Positions 27,645 to 37,529 of a DNA stretch of 64,000 bases are shown here, piece after piece. Origin of the DNA: Cyclobacteriaceae bacterium. GTDB lineage: Bacteria; Bacteroidota; Bacteroidia; Cytophagales; Cyclobacteriaceae. The notes under the pieces were generated by a model. The model ran no database searches and was not told where the DNA came from. It saw nothing but the letters and a program-made list of their open reading frames with translations. The stretch is taken from assembly GCA_016787645.1 (NCBI GenBank), contig JAEUUF010000020.1:138062-202061 (forward strand). The letters run 5' to 3'. The first letter of the stretch is position 1, and each line of letters begins with the position of its first letter. Made by a program: the position numbers and the translations under genes.

Positions 27645-30044
27645 TTAGTTTCTCAGGGGTTTGCCTCCCGTCAGTATCGCCTGAATTCTCTCCAACGTCT
27701 TCTTCTCGCCCGTCAATGAAAGAAACGCCTCACGCTCCAGGTCGAGCAAGTATTGTTCACTTACTTCTTGCGGCGATGTCAAGTCTCCCCCGCACATCAC
27801 ATTCGCTACCCACTTGGCCACTTTAGCGTCATGCTCCGAGATATATTTTCCCATGATCATTCCCTGGAGCCCGGCGAGGAACAATGCCTGCCCGGTGCGT
27901 CCCTGGACTTTTATATTCTTCGCTTGCTGCGGCATGGTATAGCCGGCGTTCGCCAATTCAAGAACCGTCTCCTTTGCATCGGCGATCTGGCGATCCCTGT
28001 TCATGGAAACACGATCCAGCTTCTTCAGGATTCCAAACTCACGGGCCTCTTCTGCTGAAGTCGCGACTTTTGCAGTCGCTATGTTCATGAATGCATTCTG
28101 AAGTGCGTTCAGTTCCACGTCACCTTCTTCCATCGCCTCACTCACCCGCTTCGCAAATTCTTTCGTCCCACCACCTCCAGGAATGAGGCCTACACCAACT
28201 TCCACAAGGCCGATGTAGGTTTCCGCCGCTGCTTGTGCGATATCGGCATGCATGGTCATCTCGCATCCGCCGCCCAGTGTTCTTCCCTGTGGACAAACCA
28301 CCACCGGTACACCGGAATAACGAATGCGCATCACAGAATTCTGAAATGCCTTGATCATGAAATCAATCTCATCATAGTCTTGCTCAATGGCATACATGAA
28401 GACGAGACCAAGGTTAGCTCCGAGTGAAAAGTCGGGGCCCTGATGGCCGATGACTAATCCGCGATAATCTTTCTCTGCCAGGTCGATCGCTTTATTCATT
28501 CCTTCAATCACCGCGCTGCCCAGTGTGTAGCTTTTGCTGTGCCAGGCAAAATTCAATACGCCGTCACCCAGGTCGTAAATACGCGAGTCGGCATTCTTCC
28601 AAATGATGTTTTCCTTCTTGTTTTCGAGAATGATGAAACTCTCACGTCCGGCGATCGATTGATAGCTCTTTGTGCGGATGTCATAATATTTTTTCTGTCC
28701 TCCCTCACTCTTGTAGAATGTCTTGTTGCCCGAGGCAATCATGTCGTATACCCATTGTGCAGGTTTGTAGCCGGCGGCTTCCATCTGCGGAATAGTCTTC
28801 TCCACGCCCACGGCATCCCAGGTTTCAAATGGACCGAAATCCCAACCAAAACCGCAGGAAACGGCATCATCAATGCGGTACAGCTCATCACTGATTTCTG
28901 GAATCCGGTTGGTTACATATTGGAACGTGCCAAAGAATGCGTCGCGATAGAATTCTCCAGCCTTGTCCGCTCCTCCCAACAGCACCTTGAAGCGGTCACG
29001 CAGATTATCCACCGCCTTGGCCGCTTCGAGTGTTGCGAACTTCACTTTGACTTTAGGCTTGTATTCCAGGGTCTTCAGATCAAGGGTGAGAATTTCTGTC
29101 TCGCCTTTGGCATTCTTCGTCTTCTTATAAAATCCCTGCTTGGTTTTGTCGCCCAGCCACTTGTTCTTTTCCAGTTGGTTGACCACGTCCGGAAGTTTGA
29201 ACATCTCCCGTCCTTCATCATTCACCAGCCCTTCGTACAGGTTGTTCGCCACTTTCACGAGTGTATCCAGGCCCACTACGTCGGATGTCCGGAACGTTGC
29301 CGACTTGGGTCTTCCGATCACGGGACCTGTCAGGCGATCGATCTCATCGACATTGAGATCAAACTTTCGCATCGAATCAATCACTTTCAGCAATCCAAAA
29401 ATCCCAACGCGGTTGCCAATGAAAGCCGGCGTGTCTTTACACAGCACGGTGGTTTTTCCCAGGAAGAGATCACCATAGTGCATAAGAAACTTCGTCACCT
29501 CCGGATCGGTCTTCGGTGTGGGAATAATTTCAAGCAGCTTTAAATACCGCGGCGGGTTGAAGAAGTGCGTCCCAGCGAAATGCTTCTGAAAATCTTCCGA
29601 TCGTCCTTCCGCCATCAGGTGAATAGGTATGCCTGAGGTGTTCGATGTAATCAGCGTACCTGGTGTTCGATACTTTTCAACCTCCTCATACACTTTCTTC
29701 TTGATCCCCAGGTTTTCAACTACAACCTCAATCGTCCAGTCGCATGCTTTGATCTTGGGCATGTCGTCGGTGAAGTTGCCCAACTTGACTCGGCCTGCGA
29801 ACTTCTTGCTGAATAGTGCTGCCGGATTGGACTTGAGCGTTGCATCAAGCGAACTCTGCACAATGCGATTCTTGACGGCCGGGTGATCGAGAGAAAGTCC
29901 CTTGGCCTTTTCCTCTTCGGTCAGCTCTTTGGGCGCTATGTCGAGCAGAAGCACTTCACATCCAATGTTGGCAAAATGACAGGCAATGCGCGAGCCCATG
30001 ATTCCGGATCCAAGGACTGCTACTTTTCGAATGGTGCGATTCAT
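27645..30044 (-). CDS. fadN: 3-hydroxyacyl-CoA dehydrogenase / enoyl-CoA hydratase (FadN-type)
   Basis: VLGSGIMG, SNTSG, HFFNPPRY, C-terminal crotonase with LGGGCE and GLVEVGVGLIPGGGG. Confidence 0.93.
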   Translation of the reverse strand: MNRTIRKVAVLGSGIMGSRIACHFANIGCEVLLLDIAPKELTEEEKAKGLSLDHPAVKNRIVQSSLDATLKSNPAALFSKKFAGRVKLGNFTDDMPKIKACDWTIEVVVENLGIKKKVYEEVEKYRTPGTLITSNTSGIPIHLMAEGRSEDFQKHFAGTHFFNPPRYLKLLEIIPTPKTDPEVTKFLMHYGDLFLGKTTVLCKDTPAFIGNRVGIFGLLKVIDSMRKFDLNVDEIDRLTGPVIGRPKSATFRTSDVVGLDTLVKVANNLYEGLVNDEGREMFKLPDVVNQLEKNKWLGDKTKQGFYKKTKNAKGETEILTLDLKTLEYKPKVKVKFATLEAAKAVDNLRDRFKVLLGGADKAGEFYRDAFFGTFQYVTNRIPEISDELYRIDDAVSCGFGWDFGPFETWDAVGVEKTIPQMEAAGYKPAQWVYDMIASGNKTFYKSEGGQKKYYDIRTKSYQSIAGRESFIILENKKENIIWKNADSRIYDLGDGVLNFAWHSKSYTLGSAVIEGMNKAIDLAEKDYRGLVIGHQGPDFSLGANLGLVFMYAIEQDYDEIDFMIKAFQNSVMRIRYSGVPVVVCPQGRTLGGGCEMTMHADIAQAAAETYIGLVEVGVGLIPGGGGTKEFAKRVSEAMEEGDVELNALQNAFMNIATAKVATSAEEAREFGILKKLDRVSMNRDRQIADAKETVLELANAGYTMPQQAKNIKVQGRTGQALFLAGLQGMIMGKYISEHDAKVAKWVANVMCGGDLTSPQEVSEQYLLDLEREAFLSLTGEKKTLERIQAILTGGKPLRN

Positions 30045-30070
30045 CGGGTATTACGTTGTATGAATTTCAA

Positions 30071-30523
30071 TTAATGAAGTGTCGTCTTTTCGTAAATCTC
30101 ATTCCGCTCAATCATCTTGTTGATGCTTTGGACAACATCAAAAAATACGCTGAGCTTCCTGGCTGGAATTATTTCGCGGGCTGCTTCATTGAAGCGAAGC
30201 ACCGTTTCTCTCGACTTATCTCTCCACTTGCTTCCTTCAGGTGTTAGCATGATCCGAACTGAACGACGGTCTGCCTCGTCCGCCTTGCGATAGATAAGTC
30301 CCTTTTCTTCCATCGACTTCAGCAAGCGGGTAAGGCTGCGCGCTTCGAGGCCCATCAAGGGTCCAATCTTGGTGGCGGGCGTTCCCTCTTCGCTGTGAAT
30401 GTTGAGCAATGCGAACCCGATAGACATTGTCCCACCGTATTTCATGGCCTGCTGATTGTACATACGTGAAATCGCATGCCATGCAGCTTTGAGATGGTAG
30501 TCAACGGTTTCTTCGCGACGCAT
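30071..30523 (-). CDS. MarR family transcriptional regulator heading the fad operon
   Basis: SLTRLLKSMEEKGLIYR..DRRSVRIMLTPEG winged-helix pattern. Confidence 0.9.
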   Translation of the reverse strand: MRREETVDYHLKAAWHAISRMYNQQAMKYGGTMSIGFALLNIHSEEGTPATKIGPLMGLEARSLTRLLKSMEEKGLIYRKADEADRRSVRIMLTPEGSKWRDKSRETVLRFNEAAREIIPARKLSVFFDVVQSINKMIERNEIYEKTTLH

Positions 30524-30551
30524 AGGAGGGAATAAATGTAAGGGGATTTAG

Positions 30552-30563
30552 TCTGCATGCAGA
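30552..30563. promoter_or_regulatory. Candidate MarR operator
   Basis: Perfect 12-bp palindrome TCTGCATGCAGA, 28 nt upstream of the marR ATG. Confidence 0.5.
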
Positions 30564-30631
30564 GTATTTTGTGAAAAAAGTTTGCCCTTCCTGACAGGCA
30601 GTTGTCAAACTCCCGGTGTAGGTTCACTAGA

Positions 30632-31084
30632 GTGAAAAAAAGACGCAAAAAACCCGAAACGCTTGTTCCTGGCTCCGAAATCGTGGACGAGGCCATGCTG
30701 AAATTGCCCAGGCAGGAACGGGTAATGATGCAGCGCCTGAGAGCCATAATCCGGGAATGTCTCCCAAAGGCTTCAGAACAAGCTTATTATGGGCTTGGCG
30801 TGCCCTTCTATCGTCATAACCGGCTCATTTGCTTCATTTGGCCACCTTCAATCTTTTGGGGCCCAAAGAGAACCAAGGAAACGCAGGAGGCAAAAGGGCT
30901 TGCTTTGGGCTTTTGTCAAGGAAATCTTATGTCAAATGAAGAGGGGCATCTGCTGGCCGAGGGCCGGAAGCAGGTGTATTGCATGTACTTTCATAAGCCG
31001 GGGGATATCAATGAGCAGCTCATTCGGTCACTGCTTTTCGAGGCCGGAATGATCGACGAAAGCTTCCATCGGAAGAAACGCTAA
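30632..31084 (+). CDS. DUF1801 (YdhG-like) domain protein
   Basis: LRAIIRECLP..EQAYYGLGVPFY..ICFIWP pattern. GTG 30632 start is an estimate. Confidence 0.7.
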   Translation: MKKRRKKPETLVPGSEIVDEAMLKLPRQERVMMQRLRAIIRECLPKASEQAYYGLGVPFYRHNRLICFIWPPSIFWGPKRTKETQEAKGLALGFCQGNLMSNEEGHLLAEGRKQVYCMYFHKPGDINEQLIRSLLFEAGMIDESFHRKKR

Positions 31085-31087
31085 TTT

Positions 31088-33454
31088 CTATTCATTTCTG
31101 AGCGAAACAGCCGGATTGGCCCTTGCCGCACGCAAAGCCTGAGTGCTCACAATAGCAGAGGAAAATACCAATGCAACCAGTCCCGTCAACGGAAATACCC
31201 ACCAGGGGATCGATACCCGTATCGGGAATCGCTCCAAAAACTGGTTTAACAGCCACCAGGCCAGGGGTGAGGAAATCACAAAGGCAACGAGGACGAGTCG
31301 CGAAAAATCCTTCGACATCAGGGATACAAGGCTCAGCACTGAAGCGCCCATGACCTTCCGGATGCCAATTTCCTTCGTTCGCTGTTCGGCCATGAATGCA
31401 GCCAGACCAAAAAGCCCCAGACCAGTGATAAAGATGGCCAGCGAGGCAAACAGGCTGGCCAGGCGGCTGGTCATGTTGATGGTGGTGAATTTCTTGGCGA
31501 ATTCCACATCGGCAAAATCGTACTCGAAAGGGTAGGCTGGGTTGTATTTCTTAAAGATCTCCTCCACTTTCTTGATGGACGCCTGAAGATCATTTGTCTT
31601 ATCCAGTCGGATGGTGACCGCCGAAGCCCACTCAGGAATGAGCACCATGAACATGGGCTTCACCGGTTGATAAGGCGACCCCATCAACACATTGTCAACT
31701 ACACCGATCAGTTCACGCTTGCTTCCCCACAAGTCAAGCTGCTGACCAATGGGATCTTTCAAGCCCATTACGTCGAGCGCTGCCTTGTTCACAACGATCG
31801 CCGCCGTATCACTCTTATGCTCTTCCGAGAAATCGCGACCCTGGAGAATTTTTATTCCCATGGTTTTGGTGTAGTCATACTCAGTAGATATGGTTGTGAA
31901 AATAACTTTCTGTTCCTCCGGCTTGCCAGGCCAACCGAGAAAATTGTTCGACCAGATTTCGGTGATCGGACTGTTCGACTTACACACGGAACTGACTACT
32001 CCGCTGTTCAGCAACTCCTGTTTGATCGCCCGATAATTCTTTCCTACTTCAGCCGTGTACTCTACGGTGATTAGATTCTCCTGATCATAGCCCAGGTCGC
32101 GTGCCTTCACAAAATTGATTTGCCAGTAAATCACAATCGTACCGATGATCAATAAGATCGAAAATCCAAATTGCAGTGTCACCAGGATTTTGCGCGGCAA
32201 GCTTGCGCTCTTGCCCACCTGGATTTTTCCCTTGAGGACTTTTACCGGCTGAAATGAAGAGAGATACAACGCTGGATAGCTACCTGAAACCAAGCCGGTA
32301 AATGCAATTAATGATCCTGCAAACACCCAAAAACGGGTTGAAGTGTAATCGATGAAGAGTTGTTTATCGACGAGTTGATTGTAAAAAGGCAGCAGCAGTT
32401 GAGCCAGCAAAATGGCGATTGAAAATGCCACCACGGCGAGGAACACAGACTCACCCATGAACTGCATAATGAGCTCATGCCGCCGCGAACCCACACTCTT
32501 GCGGATGCCCACTTCCCGGGCCCTCCGTTCAGACCGGGCAGTGGCCAGATTCATGAAATTAATGCAGGCAATCACCAGGATAAAGGCGGCAATAATTGTG
32601 AACATCTGTACATAATCCACCATACCACCGGATTCCTGGCCATTTTCAAAATTCGAGTGCAAACGCCACCGCAACAGGGGGTGGAGGAAGAATTCCCGCT
32701 TCATATCGGTCTCCCCTTTACGGGCCAGGAGGTCTTTGATGGCATTTTCGACGTGCACTTCGTTCGCCGGGTCATTCAATTCCACAAATACCTGGAAAGA
32801 GTAATTGCCCCATTGGGTTTGAGAGCGCTTCACCCAATCTTCGGCGATAATCTTCATCTTCCACGTCATCAGGCAGTCGAATTGGAAGGATGAATTTTTC
32901 GGAATGTCTTTCAAAACGCCAGTCACCTTGAGATCGTGCGCATTGTTGATGCGCACGGTTTGGTTGATCGGATCCTGATCGCCAAACAAAACCTTCGCCA
33001 TCGACTCGGTGATGACCAACGAAGATGGATCATCCAGCGCGCTGGCAGCATCTCCTTTCACGAAGGGAAACTGAAACATCTCCAGAAACTCTTCACTCAC
33101 GAAGTAGGCGCGCTTGTAGATGCGATTGTCGCCAAGCGTATAGAGATGAGTGCCACCCCAGTCTGATATCGCGGTGTTGATGATGTTGCTGTCTTCCGTT
33201 TTCAGTGCTTCATAGGTTGGCTGCGGCACGGATGTCCATGAATTGACTTTGCCATCGAAGTGAGCGTTCACCCACACCTGGTACAACCGGTTTGCCTTTG
33301 GCTGAAACGCATCGAAAGAAATCTCGTCAAACACCCAAAGCAGGATCAGGATACTGCAAACAATCCCGATCGAAAGGCCAGTGATATTGATGAAAGAATA
33401 GGTCGCGTTCTTTCGCAGGTTACGCAGGGTAACGATCAGGTAGTTTTTGAACAT
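31088..33454 (-). CDS. ABC transporter permease (MacB-PCD/FtsX duplicated type)
   Basis: MFKNYLIVTLRNL, CINFMNLATARS, REVGIRKSVG, AEQRTKEIGIRKVMGAS, ANPAVSLRNE. Confidence 0.93.
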   Translation of the reverse strand: MFKNYLIVTLRNLRKNATYSFINITGLSIGIVCSILILLWVFDEISFDAFQPKANRLYQVWVNAHFDGKVNSWTSVPQPTYEALKTEDSNIINTAISDWGGTHLYTLGDNRIYKRAYFVSEEFLEMFQFPFVKGDAASALDDPSSLVITESMAKVLFGDQDPINQTVRINNAHDLKVTGVLKDIPKNSSFQFDCLMTWKMKIIAEDWVKRSQTQWGNYSFQVFVELNDPANEVHVENAIKDLLARKGETDMKREFFLHPLLRWRLHSNFENGQESGGMVDYVQMFTIIAAFILVIACINFMNLATARSERRAREVGIRKSVGSRRHELIMQFMGESVFLAVVAFSIAILLAQLLLPFYNQLVDKQLFIDYTSTRFWVFAGSLIAFTGLVSGSYPALYLSSFQPVKVLKGKIQVGKSASLPRKILVTLQFGFSILLIIGTIVIYWQINFVKARDLGYDQENLITVEYTAEVGKNYRAIKQELLNSGVVSSVCKSNSPITEIWSNNFLGWPGKPEEQKVIFTTISTEYDYTKTMGIKILQGRDFSEEHKSDTAAIVVNKAALDVMGLKDPIGQQLDLWGSKRELIGVVDNVLMGSPYQPVKPMFMVLIPEWASAVTIRLDKTNDLQASIKKVEEIFKKYNPAYPFEYDFADVEFAKKFTTINMTSRLASLFASLAIFITGLGLFGLAAFMAEQRTKEIGIRKVMGASVLSLVSLMSKDFSRLVLVAFVISSPLAWWLLNQFLERFPIRVSIPWWVFPLTGLVALVFSSAIVSTQALRAARANPAVSLRNE

Positions 33455-33581
33455 TGGGCTTCCAGTTAATTACCAATACTCTGACGAATGCAAAAGGTTG
33501 CTCCTTCGAGAGCAATTTTTGCTTAACCCTTAGAGTGAACTCAGTTGAAGAAAGTTGCGGGGACTTGCGACTTAACCCAAA

Positions 33582-34391
33582 TTACTTGATGCTCAGCGCG
33601 GCAGCCTGACCTATCCAATTATCGCGGCCAATCCTTCCTTTGAATACCTTTAAAGCAGCGGTCACCTGCTCAATGTCATCCGGGGTAAACTCGGCGACCT
33701 TCCGGTAGGAATAGATGCCCAATTCATTGAGTTTCTTTTGAATTTTCGGACCAATGCCACTAATCAGGGTCAGGTCATCCCTGGTTTGCCATGTGGCCGG
33801 TGTGAACCTGGAATGGGGCTTCGAAGGTTTAGCCGGAGTAGCCGGGCGGCCTTCGGCCTCCTTATTTGGAGGGATCGATACCGGTAATGCTGCTTCCCGG
33901 GCCCTTTCCGCGGTTAATTCGTTGCGAAGCTGCTCTGCAGTCCGGCGAACAGCATCAGACTCTTCCTTAAGATTGTCATAGCGACGCTGGTAGATGCGGA
34001 GCTCGTCCTCCAGGAGTCGTACCTGTTGCTTGGTCTGCTCCAAAAGGGGTTCCGTCACCTTTTTGACCTGTGTGAGCAGGCTGCCCTCTTGCTGCCAGTC
34101 CGCCACATGCTTCCGGGCCGCCTGATTTTCCTTCTCGAGTAGTGTCAATTGCTGATGGAGGCCGTTCTTCTCCCGCAGCAGTCCTCGTACCTGGCCTTTC
34201 AGATCCCGAAAGGACTCCTCGCCCAGCAACCAGGCAGAACAGAAACCCACCAGCAGGCCAGAAATAATCATCATCCCAATCTCCAGGCTGGCTGTTGGCT
34301 CGCAAAATGCCCTGACTTCGCAGAGATACCATCGGGTAAAAAAGAAACCCAGCAGCAGAAAAACAGCCAAAATGCCGTAGATGAATCGCAT
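33582..34391 (-). CDS. Membrane-anchored coiled-coil protein with C-terminal helix-hairpin-helix domain
   Basis: Two N-terminal TM segments, coiled coil, Pro-rich linker, DDLTLISGIGPKIQKKLNELGIY HhH motif. Confidence 0.75.
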   Translation of the reverse strand: MRFIYGILAVFLLLGFFFTRWYLCEVRAFCEPTASLEIGMMIISGLLVGFCSAWLLGEESFRDLKGQVRGLLREKNGLHQQLTLLEKENQAARKHVADWQQEGSLLTQVKKVTEPLLEQTKQQVRLLEDELRIYQRRYDNLKEESDAVRRTAEQLRNELTAERAREAALPVSIPPNKEAEGRPATPAKPSKPHSRFTPATWQTRDDLTLISGIGPKIQKKLNELGIYSYRKVAEFTPDDIEQVTAALKVFKGRIGRDNWIGQAAALSIK

Positions 34392-34473
34392 AGTGCCTGT
34401 ATGGCATGGTAAGGTACGCTTTTGCAGAAAACTGTTTGCTGATGCAACTCATGGCAGTCGATATGCGTCTAAA

Positions 34474-34490
34474 GCCTAATTCACTTAGGT
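34474..34490. promoter_or_regulatory. Candidate PadR operator
   Basis: Inverted repeat CCTAA-N5-TTAGG ending 10 nt before the padR ATG. Confidence 0.45.
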
Positions 34491-34499
34491 AATAAATTC

Positions 34500-34832
34500 A
34501 TGCACTCACCCGAACTTCTGAAGGGCACGTTGCAAACCATTATTCTCAAACTCCTGAAGGACCAGGGAAAAATGTACGGCTACGAGATCACGCAACGCGT
34601 CAAGGAACTTTCCTCCGGAAGGCTTGTGCTCACCGAAGGCGCGCTTTACCCTACACTGCATAAACTTGAGTTCGAAGGTCTTCTGAAGACGGAGGTGATC
34701 AGCCTTGGCAAAAGGGTTCGGAAATATTACTCCCTCACTCCTTCCGGCCGGAATACGGCCCGCGACCGTGTCATCGAGTTCCAGGAATTTATTCGTACGA
34801 TGTCAACCGTTCTCCAGGTGCAACTCAACTAA
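34500..34832 (+). CDS. PadR family transcriptional regulator
   Basis: LKGTL..ILKLL..MYGYEI..EGALYPTLHKLE..RKYYSLT. Confidence 0.95.
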   Translation: MHSPELLKGTLQTIILKLLKDQGKMYGYEITQRVKELSSGRLVLTEGALYPTLHKLEFEGLLKTEVISLGKRVRKYYSLTPSGRNTARDRVIEFQEFIRTMSTVLQVQLN

Positions 34833-34838
34833 CCGGCT

Positions 34839-37529
34839 GTGTCGCTGTCGGAAGAACATATTCACTTCATCATCAAAGACCTCAACCACCGGGGGCTTGT
34901 GGTTGACGGAATCCAGGAGGAGTTGATTGATCATGTCTGTACTGCCGTGGAGACAAAGATGCAGCGGGGTTCACGTTTTGCGGAGGCCTACGCAGAGGTC
35001 CTTGGTTCCTTCGGACAGGATCCTGGTCTCCAAGAAACACAGCGACAAGTATTACGATCAGAAAATAAAAAAACTATCACCATGCTTAAGAACTATTTCA
35101 CCATTGCTTTTCGCAACCTGCGCAAACACAGTTTCTACACGCTGATCAATATTCTCGGTCTCGCAGTGGGCATTGCGTCTTGTCTCATCATCGTGGCCTA
35201 TGTGGCCGATGAGGTGAGTTACGATCGTCATCACGCCGATGCTGACCGCATCTATCGCGTCGATTGTGAAATCAAGTTCGGTCCCAATCACCTGCTCCTG
35301 GGAGTTTCACCTGCTCCGCTAGCCGAGGCCTTCCGCAACGACTTTCCAGAAGTGGAATGCATCGGCCGCTTCTGGAGCGATGGCTCCATGCTGGTCAAGC
35401 GCGTCGATCAAAACATCAAGGAGACCCACGTCATCTTTGCCGACAGTTCCATCTTCCGCGTTTTCAATTTTACTTTCCTGCAAGGGAGTCCCAAGGGGGT
35501 TCTTGTGGATCCATTTACGATGGTAATCAGCAAAAGCAGTGCTGAAAAATATTTCCCCAATGAAAATCCCCTGAACCAGACTTTGATTTTTGAGAACAAG
35601 GATGCTTACAAAATAATCGGTGTGTACGAAGACATGCCGGTCACCAGCCACTTCCGGTTTGACATGATGTTGGCGCTCGTGAGTATTCCCTACAACAAGG
35701 ACGGTAATTGGCTGAGCAACAACTTCAGTACCTACCTGAAACTGCGGCCCACCACCACCAAAGAGCAGCTCGAGGCAAAATTTCCTCAAATGGTGGACAA
35801 GTACTGCGGACCCCAGGCGCGCATGGCATTGGGCAGTGAATTCACTATGGAACAGTTCCGCAAGTCAGGCAACAAGATCGAGTACACGCTTCGGCCCATT
35901 ACGGACATCCATCTTCACTCGGATATGATCGGCGAACTCGGCACCAACAGTGACATCACTTATGTTTACCTCTTCAGTGCTATTGCGCTTTTCATCCTCA
36001 CGATCGCATGCATCAATTTCATGAACCTGAGTACCGCCCGCTCATCCAACCGTGCCAAAGAGGTGGGTGTGCGCAAAGTAATGGGGTCACTCCGGGTTCA
36101 CCTGATCCGTCAATTCCTGACGGAGTCTACACTGCTTAGTATTTTTTCATTCATCCTCGCCTTGGGCATTGCGTGGATCGCCCTGCCCTCTTTCAACCAA
36201 CTGGCCGGAAAACAGCTATTCCTGCCCTTCGGGGAAATTTCTTTCTGGGGTTGGCTTGGGGCTGCTGCGCTGGCCGTTGGCGTCCTTGCGGGAATTTATC
36301 CTTCCTTTTTCTTGTCCGCTTTCAAGCCGGCCAATGTGCTTAAAGGAAATCTTTCCCTCGGCATGAAAAGCGGCCTTGTCCGCAGTTCACTCGTGGTGTT
36401 TCAGTTTGTCATTTCCATCGTATTGATCATCGGCACCATCGCGGTCAATCGGCAGCTCAACTTCATTCAACAGAAGAAGATTGGATTCAACAAGGACCAG
36501 GTTATCATCATCAAAGATGCCTACGGGTTAGGCGACCAACTCGAATCCTTCAAGCAAGAAGCCCTTAAGGATTCGAGAATCATCAGTGGAACGATATCTG
36601 GTTTTCTTCCGATTTCCGGCACGAATCGCAGTGACAATACGTTTTGGCCGGAAGGTGTTCAGCCTACGCAAGAAAACCTCGTCAGCATACAATGCTGGCG
36701 TGTGGACCATGACTACGTGAAGACCCTTGGGATGAATATCATGGACGGCAGGGATTTTTCTGCAGAGTTCCCTTCCGATTCAAGTGCGATCCTCCTCAAC
36801 CAGGCGGCCTTGAAACTATTTGGCATCACCGAAAATCCTGTCGGGAAGCATGTGAGTACGTGGGCAAGCAATATCGACGATCCGGGTGGCGTGAAAACGA
36901 AGCAGTATACCATTATTGGCGTACTCGAGGATTTTCATTTTGAATCGTTGCGCCAGTCCATCTCTCCGCTGGCTCTTTTCCTGGACCGCAGCCGGGGACT
37001 GATCTCATTCCGCTTCCAGGCACAAAATACGACGGAAGTAATTTCCGTGCTTCAGAACACGTGGCAGAAGATAGCGCCGGGAATGCCGTTTGCCTATTCA
37101 TTTCTCGACGAGGATTTCGAACACATGTATTCGGCTGAACAGCGGCTCGGAAAGATTTTCACGGTCTTCGCGGGCCTGGCTATTATCATTGCCTCTCTTG
37201 GATTATTCGCGCTCACAGCTTTCACTGCCGAACAACGCACCAAGGAAATCGGCATTCGCAAAGTGATGGGCGCTTCTGTATCCAGCATCGTACTATTGCT
37301 GTCCAAAGAATTTGGCAAGTTGATCGTCATTGCCTTTGTGTTGGCAGTTCCGTTGGCGTGGTACGGAATCAGTACCTGGCTGGATTCCTATACGTATCGG
37401 ACAGAAATCGGGGTGGCAATCTATTTGCTGGCCGGAATTATTTCCTTCCTGATCGCATGGATCACGATGGGTTACCAATCCTTCCGTGCGGCCACGTCAG
37501 ACCCGGTGAAATCACTTAGAAGTGAATAG
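34839..37529 (+). CDS. ABC transporter permease (FtsX type) with an 81-aa N-terminal helical extension
   Basis: The usual MLKNYFTIAFRNL start sits at 35082, preceded in frame by an extra domain from GTG 34839; same FtsX motifs as 31088-33454. Confidence 0.9.
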   Translation: MSLSEEHIHFIIKDLNHRGLVVDGIQEELIDHVCTAVETKMQRGSRFAEAYAEVLGSFGQDPGLQETQRQVLRSENKKTITMLKNYFTIAFRNLRKHSFYTLINILGLAVGIASCLIIVAYVADEVSYDRHHADADRIYRVDCEIKFGPNHLLLGVSPAPLAEAFRNDFPEVECIGRFWSDGSMLVKRVDQNIKETHVIFADSSIFRVFNFTFLQGSPKGVLVDPFTMVISKSSAEKYFPNENPLNQTLIFENKDAYKIIGVYEDMPVTSHFRFDMMLALVSIPYNKDGNWLSNNFSTYLKLRPTTTKEQLEAKFPQMVDKYCGPQARMALGSEFTMEQFRKSGNKIEYTLRPITDIHLHSDMIGELGTNSDITYVYLFSAIALFILTIACINFMNLSTARSSNRAKEVGVRKVMGSLRVHLIRQFLTESTLLSIFSFILALGIAWIALPSFNQLAGKQLFLPFGEISFWGWLGAAALAVGVLAGIYPSFFLSAFKPANVLKGNLSLGMKSGLVRSSLVVFQFVISIVLIIGTIAVNRQLNFIQQKKIGFNKDQVIIIKDAYGLGDQLESFKQEALKDSRIISGTISGFLPISGTNRSDNTFWPEGVQPTQENLVSIQCWRVDHDYVKTLGMNIMDGRDFSAEFPSDSSAILLNQAALKLFGITENPVGKHVSTWASNIDDPGGVKTKQYTIIGVLEDFHFESLRQSISPLALFLDRSRGLISFRFQAQNTTEVISVLQNTWQKIAPGMPFAYSFLDEDFEHMYSAEQRLGKIFTVFAGLAIIIASLGLFALTAFTAEQRTKEIGIRKVMGASVSSIVLLLSKEFGKLIVIAFVLAVPLAWYGISTWLDSYTYRTEIGVAIYLLAGIISFLIAWITMGYQSFRAATSDPVKSLRSE

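Noticed and set aside
28539-29543. 334-aa plus-strand ORF
   Set aside because: Antisense shadow of fadN.
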